Below, piece after piece: positions 47,001 to 56,030 of a stretch of DNA of 64,000 bases; the first letter of the stretch is position 1; each line of letters opens with the position of its first letter. This stretch comes from a virus. Its lineage: Duplodnaviria > Caudoviricetes. Below the pieces are notes generated by a model. That model ran no database searches, was not told where the DNA came from, and saw nothing but the letters and a program-made list of their open reading frames with translations. The position numbers and the translations under genes were made by a program. Location of the stretch: positions 32,001 to 96,000 of the IMG/VR virus record IMGVR_UViG_3300014697_000001; one strand, given 5' to 3'.

Positions 47001-47946
47001 TGAATTCCACGGTGTCTGGTAAGGCATTACGGACATTCTCCAGTACCTCGGCATCTGGAGTACAAAAGGCAACATGGTATCGAAGACCACCGTCGCCCAA
47101 TAACGCACCCAGCACATACGGGTCAAGTGGGTATTGTACCTCTGTACCTTCATCTGGAGTGATGAGAGGAACGTACAGTCGATTCCCACCGCGAGATTCT
47201 AAAATCTCTTTCATGCGCAACGTCGATCGGACATCCCACTGGCGGGAAACATTACTCTGCCTTCCGTCGTGACATTCCCAGAGATGCTCACCACACGCCC
47301 TGGTTTTCCGCCCATCGACGAACTCAATTTCATAGATGTCTTTTACACCTTGAGGATAAACACCCGACACATTGACGGTCGTACCGTCCGGCGCAATCAC
47401 CTGACTCCCCACGCGCATGTCACCCATAGTGGCCCAACCACCAGGTACCTTGATTTTAGCGTCAAGAGGCTGAGCCTTACCCGATCCTGCTGCCGCGTCC
47501 ATCAACATTCCATTGAGCGAGTATTCAAACGTAGCTCGGTCGTAATGCTGTAAAAAGTTAATTTGATGGGGAAATAATGTGACTGTCAAGTCCTTCAGTG
47601 CCGACATGTTAAGCCTGGAGGTGAAATCACCCAGACCTATGTTGCGCAGCCACGTGCCAGCAATCAACTCATCGCGTACACGCTGTAGCGTCCGCCGACC
47701 CACATACGTCCGACGGGATTGGATCAGTTGATCCAACATGTACAGAACTTCGATGGCGTAGAACTTGGGAAACTTTACGCCACTTCGCGAAATAGCAGTG
47801 AACATGTTGTTGTTCAACTTGCTAGTTTTCCAGTGATTGTATACGTCTTTAGAGAACCTGAGCCCAGGTATTCCATTGACTATAATGTGAGAGCCGGTCT
47901 CCTTCACGGAGATCAACCCTAACAGACGCGAGAAATTGGCGTACAT
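44005..47946 (-). CDS. SF2 helicase with intein and C-terminal head-protein-like extension
   Basis: Walker A AAGSGK/T split by the intein; DESH, ASGTP and QTIARVDRIGQ. Confidence 0.9.
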   Translation of the reverse strand: MYANFSRLLGLISVKETGSHIIVNGIPGLRFSKDVYNHWKTSKLNNNMFTAISRSGVKFPKFYAIEVLYMLDQLIQSRRTYVGRRTLQRVRDELIAGTWLRNIGLGDFTSRLNMSALKDLTVTLFPHQINFLQHYDRATFEYSLNGMLMDAAAGSGKAQPLDAKIKVPGGWATMGDMRVGSQVIAPDGTTVNVSGVYPQGVKDIYEIEFVDGRKTRACGEHLWECHDGRQSNVSRQWDVRSTLRMKEILESRGGNRLYVPLITPDEGTEVQYPLDPYVLGALLGDGGLRYHVAFCTPDAEVLENVRNALPDTVEFKRITEIDYSIVGVERGDNVLRRIVRELGLFGKYSHEKHIPSEYLQGSRTQRLSLLQGLMDTDGTSDQQGTVSFCSSSKQLAEGVQYLVRSLGGIARIAVRKPTYTYNGETRNGRPAYQVNIRHSKPSELFRLKRKQERCKDDGQYAATLKLRVKSIKLVGQEEAQCIRVDHPKHLYITDDFIVTHNTISQYATAHCLGADTSVLVVPKNSVFDVWVKTIKVLFKQTPEYWHSLSGEELTLGKKYYIVHYDYLEKFLAFVGANKGSFGKVYVGIDESHNFNEQSNRTNLLIQLCQTLKARDVIHASGTPFKAMGSEAITLLATICNDFTPEVQGSFRKIFGKEAKRAIEILANRIGIVSFKVVKADIETPGVDYHEIKVPMNNSSEYTLTSVREKMSKFIDERLAFYRKGMPEYEKLYATCMELHGQTVKGGMASAAFSEYRRGVAQLRKGYDPVTMKDLVMYCNRYELKTIVPSLPERYRKPFLNVRAIIKYVDLRVMGEALSQVLGRLRIQCHLDMLPNMPLDEIIDNATTKTVIFTSYVEVVKELESLLTKAGYKPLLVYGETNKDLPNIVKRFENDDDINPLVATFKSLSTAVPLTMANTVVFTNAPFRDYERTQTIARVDRIGQKHRCHVWETYLDTGAEPNISTRSKDIMAWSKSQVEAILGVSAPDDLEASLESLVENPAATLGDAERFIDRVKLELPIDVRDGGEDTVSFEGLSDLLGGLLRPKKPKYKDDDSEYLRYEHANKLKRFMEEMNKTYLSRTWLDKQKYVEGDVPAKDISTYFMLDGKLGDSPLGNVIKAHGRVARHTKAWMGVLGPLNDKVQEIHNRTVKHWEKSAGDTESILDFVRKSVNEFDALPDPMKRFPKFEGTSLKNLKVEVVKGTPVVRTVPELVAAETLPALNATQVLEAAQLVKAMLTDKKWDPSIGFIPWLDFKDGNEFNDWLYVTDRKLDEAYWERFYHQREPEMWTLSLTEMIEVYPTAKAIIKWIDRSIK
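46444..47475 (-). mobile_element. class 3 intein (344 aa) with LAGLIDADG homing endonuclease
   Basis: Begins AQPLDAKI and ends VTHN/T; W (EHLW), C (AQCI) and T (VTHN) triad; LGALLGDG and LQGLMDTDG motifs. Confidence 0.92.
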
Positions 47947-47995
47947 TTGAAAATATTCCTTTTAACTAGGAGTATAATGGAAGAGGATTCATAGA

Positions 47996-49570
47996 ATGAG
48001 CCACACCGCAAGCAAACCGACTGCAGCCGTCATGCTTAACGAAGCCCAGAACTACCGCACCAGCCTGGAAAGCCTGATGAGTGTAGGGCGTGCCCTGCTC
48101 AGCAGTCCGTCGATGGAAGATGCCTCTGCAACCGCCTTCCAGGTGTTGGCCGAGAATGTTCTTGAGCAAGCAGACCACCAACAGGACCTCGTAGCCGTTG
48201 ACGGTGTTGAAGAACCACAGGTCCGGGTCGAGCTGATCATGCAGGATGTCCTGACCCCTCGTCTGACCGAAGTCGAGCAGATCGAAGACGCTCTGCAAGC
48301 CAAGGCCGATGCAGAAGAACCTGTAGCTTTCCATACCAGCGAACGCGCCACTCACGCCTCGCAGGAAGAACTGATCCTGTCGATGGAGATGTTGGCTATC
48401 CATCGTAACTACATTGGTGCCATTCGCTCGGTCCTATCGATGGAATCCTTCCCGGTAGCGGCCGCCACACCTCTGCTTCAAAGCGTCACCCGCTGCTTTG
48501 GCTCGTATGCTGACAAGCTCGGTGTGTCGATGGAATCGTTGGAACAGACGCAAGTCCTCGGTGAAATGAGCGATGCCGTTGATCGCATCGAACAGTTGGT
48601 CACCAAGGCCCATGAGTCTGTGCTTGAGCAAGCTGAAGCCATTCGTGCAGACGCTCGAGCCGTCGGCAGCGATGAAACGGACAAGCTGGGTGACCTGATC
48701 GAAAAGCATCGCCAGGACAACCCGGTCGGTATCCAGTTCGAGGAAGGCACCTCTGTCAACAGCATCCAGTCGGATGCCGAACCCAAAGACGACGAAGAGC
48801 AAGAAGAAACGCTCGACGAGTCCGAGTCTGACGGTGAACAGGACGGTGCTATGGACGACACTTCCATGACCGATGACGAAATGGAACTCGTCCCGAACGA
48901 GGATGATCAGGAACAAGAGGAAGAAGCACCTCTTGAAGAAGACCCCGATCTCGAAGAGGCGCCTGAAGAAGAGGAAGAAACCGACCTCGACGACGAGCAG
49001 GAAGAAGAACTCCCTGAAGAAGTCGAAGAAGTCGAAGAAGAGGAGCTTCCCGAAGAGGAGGAAGAGCTCCCTGAGGAAGAAGAGGAAGGTGACGACCTCG
49101 ATAACGAAGAGGAAGAAGTAGCCAACGCCGACACGATCGACGAAGACGCTATTGAAACCGAAGTCGAAGAGGAAGAGGAGCCTGAATCCGAAGAGCAGGA
49201 AGAAGAGGAAGAAACTGCTGAAGAAGACGAAGACGACCTTGAAGAGGAGGAGGAAGACGGTGAAACCAATTCAAACGAATCTCTGGTCGAACCCATGGTC
49301 TGGGATGCCGACGCGTACGGCGAACAAGCCGCCGAAGTCCGTGGTATCCACACACAGATCCTTCGCTTCCTTGGCGATCACGGTATGCTCACCCCTGAAG
49401 GTCAGGCTATCGCTGAAAACGACCAAGCGGTCGATTTCGTGTTCTCCACTGACCTGATGACCCCGCATGCTGCTGAAGTATTGGCACGTCATTATCAGAC
49501 GTGGATCGGTGCCTCGCTGCGTGATGGGCAAGCCAATCTTCTCTCACTCGGTATCCTCCTTGGTGTGTAA
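47996..49570 (+). CDS. acidic internal head/scaffold-like protein
   Basis: Repeated S-x-E motifs (SLE, SME x4) of the phiKZ prohead-protease type; long E/D tract. Confidence 0.7.
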   Translation: MSHTASKPTAAVMLNEAQNYRTSLESLMSVGRALLSSPSMEDASATAFQVLAENVLEQADHQQDLVAVDGVEEPQVRVELIMQDVLTPRLTEVEQIEDALQAKADAEEPVAFHTSERATHASQEELILSMEMLAIHRNYIGAIRSVLSMESFPVAAATPLLQSVTRCFGSYADKLGVSMESLEQTQVLGEMSDAVDRIEQLVTKAHESVLEQAEAIRADARAVGSDETDKLGDLIEKHRQDNPVGIQFEEGTSVNSIQSDAEPKDDEEQEETLDESESDGEQDGAMDDTSMTDDEMELVPNEDDQEQEEEAPLEEDPDLEEAPEEEEETDLDDEQEEELPEEVEEVEEEELPEEEEELPEEEEEGDDLDNEEEEVANADTIDEDAIETEVEEEEEPESEEQEEEEETAEEDEDDLEEEEEDGETNSNESLVEPMVWDADAYGEQAAEVRGIHTQILRFLGDHGMLTPEGQAIAENDQAVDFVFSTDLMTPHAAEVLARHYQTWIGASLRDGQANLLSLGILLGV

Positions 49571-49601
49571 CTGAAATACTTGTACTGTTTTTACGGTATA
49601 G

Positions 49602-50030
49602 TATGTCAGACTATGCATTTAAAGCATGGTCAACCTGATGCGCTTCACTGCGTAGAGCCTGCTGGGGTACTTTTTCCCTAGCCCAGTACCCGACTACCCC
49701 CTTAGTCGTGGTGCACCTTCGTGAGGTGGGACAATCCCACCTCACGTCCCTGTTCGTTGCCCTGAGTGAACTTGTCGTGATAGCTCAGGTGATTGTGGTT
49801 CCGCCTTCCAGGCCAAGGGAAGGTGGTAAACGATGGTGTGTAGAGTGTCGTTGCTCCACATCGCTGCAAGAAACACAGTCGGGGAGTTTTCCGGCTTTCT
49901 CCTTGCCTGTGGTGTCTGGATTGGGGTCCGCTCCTTCTCTGATTCAGACATAAAGTGCAGCCTCCAGTGATCCGTCCTTTCGAACGATTGGGCTGATCAC
50001 TGGGGGAAGTACTTTATTTCTTTTTTTTGT
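49602..50030 (+). ncRNA. candidate late ncRNA made of serial hairpins (~420 nt)
   Basis: TATG motif at 49602, about 9 consecutive stem-loops, terminal hairpin plus T run, no credible ORF. Confidence 0.5.
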
Positions 50031-50080
50031 TTTGCTGTGATTTCAAAATAACCCAGGGTAGGGTATGACAATCTTCGGAG

Positions 50081-50452
50081 ATGAGCATGGACGTTTATAC
50101 GATCGCGATACCACAGTGGCGGAAAGCCCGCGACAGAGACATTGAATTATTCGACATCACAGTCAAATCAGGTTTTGAACCCTTCGCCCCCTACAAGGAC
50201 GTCCTGTACGCCTACAAGCGCGGTGAAGTTACAGACGACCAATATACCGAGATCTACCTAAAGAAGCTCACAGAGCGTCTTAGGGCCGTTCCTGAGGACT
50301 TCCAGAGCTTCCTTGAACGTAAGGGACCGATAGCGGTGGCCTGTTACTGTAAAGCCGGTAAGTTCTGTCATCGTCACCTGTTTGTGGACTTCATTCAGGA
50401 AGTAGCAGAGGACAATGGATACACCGTCAGGCTAGGGGGTGAAATACTATGA
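50081..50452 (+). CDS. conserved hypothetical protein (DUF488-like, CYC...CHR)
   Basis: VACYCKAGKFCHRHL motif. Confidence 0.7.
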   Translation: MSMDVYTIAIPQWRKARDRDIELFDITVKSGFEPFAPYKDVLYAYKRGEVTDDQYTEIYLKKLTERLRAVPEDFQSFLERKGPIAVACYCKAGKFCHRHLFVDFIQEVAEDNGYTVRLGGEIL

Positions 50453-50479
50453 GGGCTCCCGATATAACCTGAGGACGAT

Positions 50480-51148
50480 ATGAACCCATTACTTATTTCC
50501 GCTGCCCGGCAGCGGTTAAAGAACATTCGAAGAGTCTACCCGAACAGCGGCCCTGGTGCCATTGAGCTGATCGCAGGTGACGATAGCGTAGGCTGGCTAG
50601 GTGAAGTGACCACCGGTTCACTGATTACTGGTGCCGCATTGATCTCCCGACTTGGGGGTGGCCTTGGCACTGGCGTCAATTCATCCAGTCCGTGGCTGAA
50701 ATTCGTTCACAACGGTAAAGTACTGTTTGTGGCAAGTCGTCCTTATTCTCGGCAAGTGTCTTGGTCGATGCTCAACAGCAAAGACATTCTGACTGGCGCT
50801 CGGACCCTGGTCATCGGGGAACACACCTACAAGGTACGTGTCTTGACTGGCGGTAACGCCAACCCAGCCAGTGTAGCCGGCGGCGAATGGGATGCATTGA
50901 TGTACGCGGTCAGTGAAGGCCGCCCGAGTGAATACGTGGGTCTTAAAGCGGCCAATTACAGTGACTCAGCTTTGGGGGTCGGTACTTCGTCCAACCCGAT
51001 ACGCACGATCTGTATGGAAACTATGGCTAACAACGCCGCCAATGGTCTGAACCGTGGTCGGGTTGGGGTACAGTGGTTTGGCGGACTCGTTAAGAGTGAT
51101 GACGGGACCTTGGTCTACTGGCGTCCTGTATTAGAACTGGTTGAATAA
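50480..51148 (+). CDS. virion structural protein, xWRPVLELV family paralogue 3
   Basis: GWLGEV..LITG, WLKF, GGEWDAL and YWRPVLELVE. Confidence 0.85.
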   Translation: MNPLLISAARQRLKNIRRVYPNSGPGAIELIAGDDSVGWLGEVTTGSLITGAALISRLGGGLGTGVNSSSPWLKFVHNGKVLFVASRPYSRQVSWSMLNSKDILTGARTLVIGEHTYKVRVLTGGNANPASVAGGEWDALMYAVSEGRPSEYVGLKAANYSDSALGVGTSSNPIRTICMETMANNAANGLNRGRVGVQWFGGLVKSDDGTLVYWRPVLELVE

Positions 51149-51149
51149 C

Positions 51150-51707
51150 ATGGCCTGTAAAACAGATAACTTTAAGTTTGACCCGGACAAGACAGCCCTG
51201 GAGAACCTCTTTGCCCTGATCTTCAGAACCAACCGCATCCGCTTGAGTTCTCGTGATCTGGATGTGGGGGCACCACGTGCCATTGAACCGGATGAACACG
51301 GTGACAACACTGTCATTAAGGTCAGTGGTAAGGTTAACGGCCCCGTCAAAGGCGATGCCGATCTTTACTATGCCCGTGCTGACATCGATACTCACTACCC
51401 GGTCTTTGAAATTGACGCTGCCAAGGCACCCCTGATTGACGGTAAGGAAGCCCTGATCCGTTACTTGGACGGTAAGTTCAACCTGGTCGATGGTGAATTC
51501 GATGTGGATATCGATCACCCCTTCGATTCGCTGGCGCAGTTCCTTGAGATAGAGATCTTTGCCAAAGACACATCCTACATCTACATCGGCCGTAAGACCA
51601 TCCACATCTTCTGGTCTGAAGCCGTACGGCGCATTACAGACGAAGGCATCATCCGGGTAACGGATGAGGGTCAGGTGCGTGGCGTACCGATTGAAGATTT
51701 CCAGTAA
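51150..51707 (+). CDS. virion structural protein (divergent YxRLxL family)
   Basis: DNT...VKGDADLYYARADI...SYIYIG; C-terminal RITDEG repeats. Confidence 0.75.
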   Translation: MACKTDNFKFDPDKTALENLFALIFRTNRIRLSSRDLDVGAPRAIEPDEHGDNTVIKVSGKVNGPVKGDADLYYARADIDTHYPVFEIDAAKAPLIDGKEALIRYLDGKFNLVDGEFDVDIDHPFDSLAQFLEIEIFAKDTSYIYIGRKTIHIFWSEAVRRITDEGIIRVTDEGQVRGVPIEDFQ

Positions 51708-51759
51708 AGCGCATAAAGACGGAGGGGCAGTGCCCCTCCGTCTATGCCGCGGGTATTAC

Positions 51760-53211
51760 TTAGACAGCCGGAGCCGGCGTCAGGTCAGCAGCAGCACTGT
51801 CGAACGCTGCAGCCATCTGAGCCATCAGGTCGTCGATGGACGCGGTGTTGTCAGCAATGGCCTGAGCCTGTGCATCGAAGCTAGGCTTCAGTGCAGCCGA
51901 GGTCACGTACTTGACATCATCGGTACCAGCTTGGACGTCAGCCGAAGTGGCCTTGTCGAGGATGTTCAGCTTGGTGTCAACCACAGCACTCAGGTCAACG
52001 ATGGCCTGAGCGTTCTGAGCAACCAGATCCTGCAGAGCAGTGATCACATCCGGGTTGTTCTGCAGAGCAGTGGCCAACTCGTTGATGGTGTCCAGGGTCT
52101 CAGGAGCGGCACCAACAAGAGCAGCTACGGCAGCGTCGATAGCTGCTTTGGCGCCGAGGGAGGTGACGTACTTGGCATCGTCGATACCTTCGATCACTTC
52201 AGCGCTTGTGGCCTTGGCGGCTACGAATGCGTTGAAGGAATCCTGCAGGGCCTGGATGGCAGCTGCGTCGCCAGCGTTGGCAGCTTGCAGTTGAGCAACC
52301 AGCGTGTCGAGGGTAACCTCAGCAGCCAGTTCGCCTTCACCCTGGGTCAGGGTGTTGGAGCCGATGTTGCCGCCTTTGTCGACCTTGTTCAGTTCCAGAC
52401 CGTCGGTCAGGGCAGTGAACTTGGTGTCCAGGGCAGTGTCGGCGTCGCCACGAGCGACGACTTCAGCGTCCAGAGCAGTCTGCAGGGCAGCATCTGCATC
52501 GGTACGAGCAGTGACTTCAGCTTCCTGAGCAGCTTGACCAGCAGCGATGTCGCTCTTCAGACCGGCCAGAACGGTGGCCAGAGTGACCTGCTGAGCATCA
52601 ACGCCTTCACCGACGGTGAGGGTGTTGGTGTCGACGTTGGCACCGACTTCGACGTAGGTCTTGCCAGCGTGAACTTCCAGCGCATCCACACGAGTGGAGA
52701 CGTCGGCGATCGCAGTGGCGTTGGCGTCGATCAGGGTCTGCAGAGCAGCGATGACGTCAGGGTTGTTCTGCAGCGCAGCTGCCAGTTCGTTGATGGTGTT
52801 CAGGGTTTCAGGAGCAGTACCTGCTACGTCGGCCCAGAACGCGTCCAGCAGTGCCTTGGAGACAGCCGGAGTCATGTACTTGTCGGAAGCCAGACCAGCA
52901 ACGGCTTCTTCCAGAGTAGCCGGTGCGTAGTTGGCGACCAGACCCAGACCGACCTGTTCGGCGGTAACTTCATGCGGGTTGTCGCGACGGGCGACGAACG
53001 CAGCGAAGTCAGCTTCCAGGATGGCCAGAGCGGCATTGATGTCGTCGCCGATCAGCGACTGGATCTCAGCCAGGGTTTTGCCTTCGAGCTTAGCGGAGTT
53101 GACCGCGGTGTCGATGGCGTTCAGCTTGGCATCAAGACGATCCTTGATGGTGGTGCTGAAGTTGGAAAGAGAAGCCAGCAGTAGAGCCAACTTGGTAGGA
53201 TCGAGTGACAT
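51760..53211 (-). CDS. coiled-coil tail fibre protein
   Basis: RRDNPHEVTAEQVGL; duplicated APETLxTINELAxALQNNPDVI and DDxKYVTS. Confidence 0.85.
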   Translation of the reverse strand: MSLDPTKLALLLASLSNFSTTIKDRLDAKLNAIDTAVNSAKLEGKTLAEIQSLIGDDINAALAILEADFAAFVARRDNPHEVTAEQVGLGLVANYAPATLEEAVAGLASDKYMTPAVSKALLDAFWADVAGTAPETLNTINELAAALQNNPDVIAALQTLIDANATAIADVSTRVDALEVHAGKTYVEVGANVDTNTLTVGEGVDAQQVTLATVLAGLKSDIAAGQAAQEAEVTARTDADAALQTALDAEVVARGDADTALDTKFTALTDGLELNKVDKGGNIGSNTLTQGEGELAAEVTLDTLVAQLQAANAGDAAAIQALQDSFNAFVAAKATSAEVIEGIDDAKYVTSLGAKAAIDAAVAALVGAAPETLDTINELATALQNNPDVITALQDLVAQNAQAIVDLSAVVDTKLNILDKATSADVQAGTDDVKYVTSAALKPSFDAQAQAIADNTASIDDLMAQMAAAFDSAAADLTPAPAV

Positions 53212-53232
53212 ATTTCACCTTTATGGTAAGTC

Positions 53233-53709
53233 TTAAATGGTGATGAGATCAGTGAGCTCATCGATGCTTTTCGTTACTTCCACCAACGCATGTTCAAACT
53301 CATCGACCAGAAGGTAGTCAGTTGCCGGACGTCCCGCCAGGTTTTCCGAGTTCGAAGCCGTGCCTTGTCTTGCTTCCACGACAATCTCTTGCCGAGTTCT
53401 ACCGTCAAGTCTCATAGAATTGACGGCAATATCTGTTACGCCCAGCTTCTCCTCAAGGAGAGCCTTGATCTGTTCGATGGTGTAGCTGCCGACTTGCTCA
53501 GCGGTAACCTGGTTAGGGTTATCCCTGCGCTTGGCGTAGATCGACAAGACAGCATTGAGAGTGGTGCGGTAAGTCCGTTTGGGCATCCCGGCACCACCAT
53601 CAGCACGGGTGCTGATGGTTATCTCAATACTGTCATCACCTGAGAGCAGATCAGGTTCGAGAGGAGGAAGTTGGGCGATCGTTACCACCTGCGGGACGTT
53701 ATCGGCCAT
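53233..53709 (-). CDS. fibre-associated protein
   Basis: RRDNPNQVTAEQVG and AVNSMRLDG motifs. Confidence 0.8.
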   Translation of the reverse strand: MADNVPQVVTIAQLPPLEPDLLSGDDSIEITISTRADGGAGMPKRTYRTTLNAVLSIYAKRRDNPNQVTAEQVGSYTIEQIKALLEEKLGVTDIAVNSMRLDGRTRQEIVVEARQGTASNSENLAGRPATDYLLVDEFEHALVEVTKSIDELTDLITI

Positions 53710-53731
53710 GACGCTTCCTCACTTCGGCAAA

Positions 53732-54865
53732 TTATACCGGCTCAGAACCAGGCACGGATACGCTAACGCTGATCTCGACCTGCAGCGGCTGTACCAGGCC
53801 TTCACGCCGAACGGCATTCAGACTGATCAGGAAGTCACCGATTGGCGAACCCAGGGTGTTGGTGGTCATCTCACCCAGCTGGGCCTTGTAGAAGGTAGCC
53901 CGCTGAATGTTCTGCACAACATCACCGGAGGCAGTCACTGCGCTGTCGGAAATGTCCAACCCGTGCTGCTCGTTGATGAAGTGCATTTTGCCTTCAGCGT
54001 CACGAACCAACTGGAATGGGAGGGCGACACCCGTCTCAAGCGAGGTGATCGACAGGACGACATCGTACAGGTCGGTGACCGGACGGCTCTCGCTGAGCAG
54101 GGCCACCGAGAACGGCCAGTTCCAATCGCCGTTTTCAGCGATCTCGATGCTGTAATGACCAGCCTCCGGTACCGGCAGGACACCCGACTTCCAGATACGG
54201 GCACTGACAGCCAGTTCCAGTTCACCGTTATTGGCGACAGTGAATTCGGTCGACGGGTTGCCACTGCCATTGAGCATGGTGCCATCAGCCTTCTGACCTT
54301 TGAGGGTCAGTTCACCAGTCACGATCACCGGATCGATGATATACGCTGGAACGGGAGCGGGGTATTCAGGGCCGTCGAGGACCGGGTCCACGACGACTTC
54401 AGCTAAAGGGATGCTACCCTCCACCAACTGGATTTCCAGCTGACCTTGGAAGCCGTAGGAGCCTTCCAGGGCCTGCAGAATCACCGAGGTGGCAGCCGGA
54501 TCGACTGCAACATTGAAATCGATGTCTTCGGCAGTGAAGCCGAGACCGAAACGGGCATTCAGAGCAGCCACAACATCACCGGTGGTGCTGGCGCCCTGGG
54601 TGAGCTCGACATTGACAATGCCTGCACTGACGAACAGCTGCGTCAGGTCAAGGCGGTCGTAGTAAGCGACCTGGCTGCCTTCGTACTGACTGTCAGCGGT
54701 GGCGGTGTAGATGACTTGGTTCTGGCGTGCCGGGTTGCTCGATGCTTCCACTGGACCGAAATTCAGATCGGTCGGAGCAAAAGAAAAACCCTTAGTAGCC
54801 GCTGCCTTATTTAGGGCAGCCAGCAGGACGCCACGTCCAGATTTGTCGACAAACGTGCTGGTCAT
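53732..54865 (-). CDS. virion structural protein (YxRLxL N-domain plus distinct C-domain)
   Basis: YEGSQVAYYDRLDL...SYGFQG...VLDGPEYP. Confidence 0.85.
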   Translation of the reverse strand: MTSTFVDKSGRGVLLAALNKAAATKGFSFAPTDLNFGPVEASSNPARQNQVIYTATADSQYEGSQVAYYDRLDLTQLFVSAGIVNVELTQGASTTGDVVAALNARFGLGFTAEDIDFNVAVDPAATSVILQALEGSYGFQGQLEIQLVEGSIPLAEVVVDPVLDGPEYPAPVPAYIIDPVIVTGELTLKGQKADGTMLNGSGNPSTEFTVANNGELELAVSARIWKSGVLPVPEAGHYSIEIAENGDWNWPFSVALLSESRPVTDLYDVVLSITSLETGVALPFQLVRDAEGKMHFINEQHGLDISDSAVTASGDVVQNIQRATFYKAQLGEMTTNTLGSPIGDFLISLNAVRREGLVQPLQVEISVSVSVPGSEPV

Positions 54866-54977
54866 GTATATTTTCCTCTTCAAGAGATGAAGCACAGTTT
54901 AAATGACTGTACATAGGATTGCGGACATAGTGGCCAGACGGTGCCCCCGTCTGGCCATGTATGCTGGTTCGGATTAC

Positions 54978-55196
54978 CTACGCAGGGCTGAACAGGGTTG
55001 TCTCAGCCTTCAGGCAGTTCTTGCACAGGCACTGGTCGGTTTCAGCGATGTTGACCGCTTTGACGTCCATGCACCAGCACAGGTTACCTGATTTACCATC
55101 TTCGATAGCACAGTACGCAGGCCCACTGCAAGCCGGGCAGTTGTGTGTACTGGTTTGTCGCTGGATCTGTTTTAGTAGCCGTGCACGATCTTCCAT
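54978..55196 (-). CDS. cysteine-rich CWC family protein
   Basis: CPAC...C...CWC...CLCKNCL. Confidence 0.75.
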   Translation of the reverse strand: MEDRARLLKQIQRQTSTHNCPACSGPAYCAIEDGKSGNLCWCMDVKAVNIAETDQCLCKNCLKAETTLFSPA

Positions 55197-55209
55197 GGTA
55201 AGTACCCGG

Positions 55210-55956
55210 TTAACCGCACTTGGAGTAACCACATCCTTCCACACACGTCGGACAACCGTCCATCAGGACCAGGCTACCGGTGCAGGTGGGGCATGTGCCG
55301 ACGCTATTGACTTTAAGACCAGTGTCCGTCACAGCGACTTCTTCATTGGCCTTCTCGTCAACCGTAACCGGGGCGCTCAGGTGACGGGTGTTCATCTGGC
55401 TGGCCAGTTTTTCCACCGAGACCTGGTTACCTTCGTCATCCAGAAAACCGCGATGCATGAGGATCTGCTGGATGGACCAGGCAATAGCCGCGACTTCAGA
55501 GTCGTGGAACTGAGGCTTGTTCCACTTGTTCATGCCACAGCGAACCACACCCTTGTCCCAGGTGACCTTACGCAGGTCTTGCAGGGCTTGGGTGATGTAC
55601 CCACCCCTAGCAGCTAGGGAAAGGCTGCGCATGCTGGCTGTGATCCACTGGTGTTCACTGGAGAGCTGGCCGCTCGGAATGAAGAATTCCACCGGACGCT
55701 CGATGGTGACTTCTTTACCGTTGACCACACCGGTGACTGGCATGAACGACACCAGTACGTAGACTTTCTTCTTGCCTTCACCGCTGACGTAGACAATCTT
55801 CTCGGAGATGGCCTGCAGAGCCCCTTGGGGGCGCGATTCAATTCGCAGGGTCAGCGGGTTTTCATCAACTGTCGGGGCGACAGGTGCAACCGGATCGTTG
55901 GCTTGCTCTTTCTTGAGACGTACCGCAACGATCTTGGAGGTTATTTCGATGGTCAT
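55210..55956 (-). CDS. nrdJb: class II RNR small component (TSCPD-like with C-terminal Cys cluster)
   Basis: RPVEFF...ARGG...SEVA and CPTC...DGCPTCVEGCGYSKCG; follows nrdJa. Confidence 0.85.
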   Translation of the reverse strand: MTIEITSKIVAVRLKKEQANDPVAPVAPTVDENPLTLRIESRPQGALQAISEKIVYVSGEGKKKVYVLVSFMPVTGVVNGKEVTIERPVEFFIPSGQLSSEHQWITASMRSLSLAARGGYITQALQDLRKVTWDKGVVRCGMNKWNKPQFHDSEVAAIAWSIQQILMHRGFLDDEGNQVSVEKLASQMNTRHLSAPVTVDEKANEEVAVTDTGLKVNSVGTCPTCTGSLVLMDGCPTCVEGCGYSKCG

Positions 55957-56030
55957 GCTATTTGTTCCATAACGCGTGAATGGGATGTGGGGTGTGGAAT
56001 GACCTGGGACCGAGTCCCAGGTCTGGGGTA

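Noticed and set aside
48907-49457. Ser-rich and Lys/Arg-rich ORFs in alternative frames
   Set aside because: By-products of the GAA/GAG-rich acidic tract
49602-50030. tRNA or tmRNA genes in the non-coding regions (also 36.1-36.9 kb)
   Set aside because: No cloverleaf, T-loop GTTCRA in the right context or CCA acceptor end recognised by eye; tRNAscan/ARAGORN would settle it
51664-53184. 506-aa + strand ORF, and similar long antisense ORFs at 21270, 53579, 59018 and 37369
   Set aside because: Mirror frames of well-supported genes on the opposite strand
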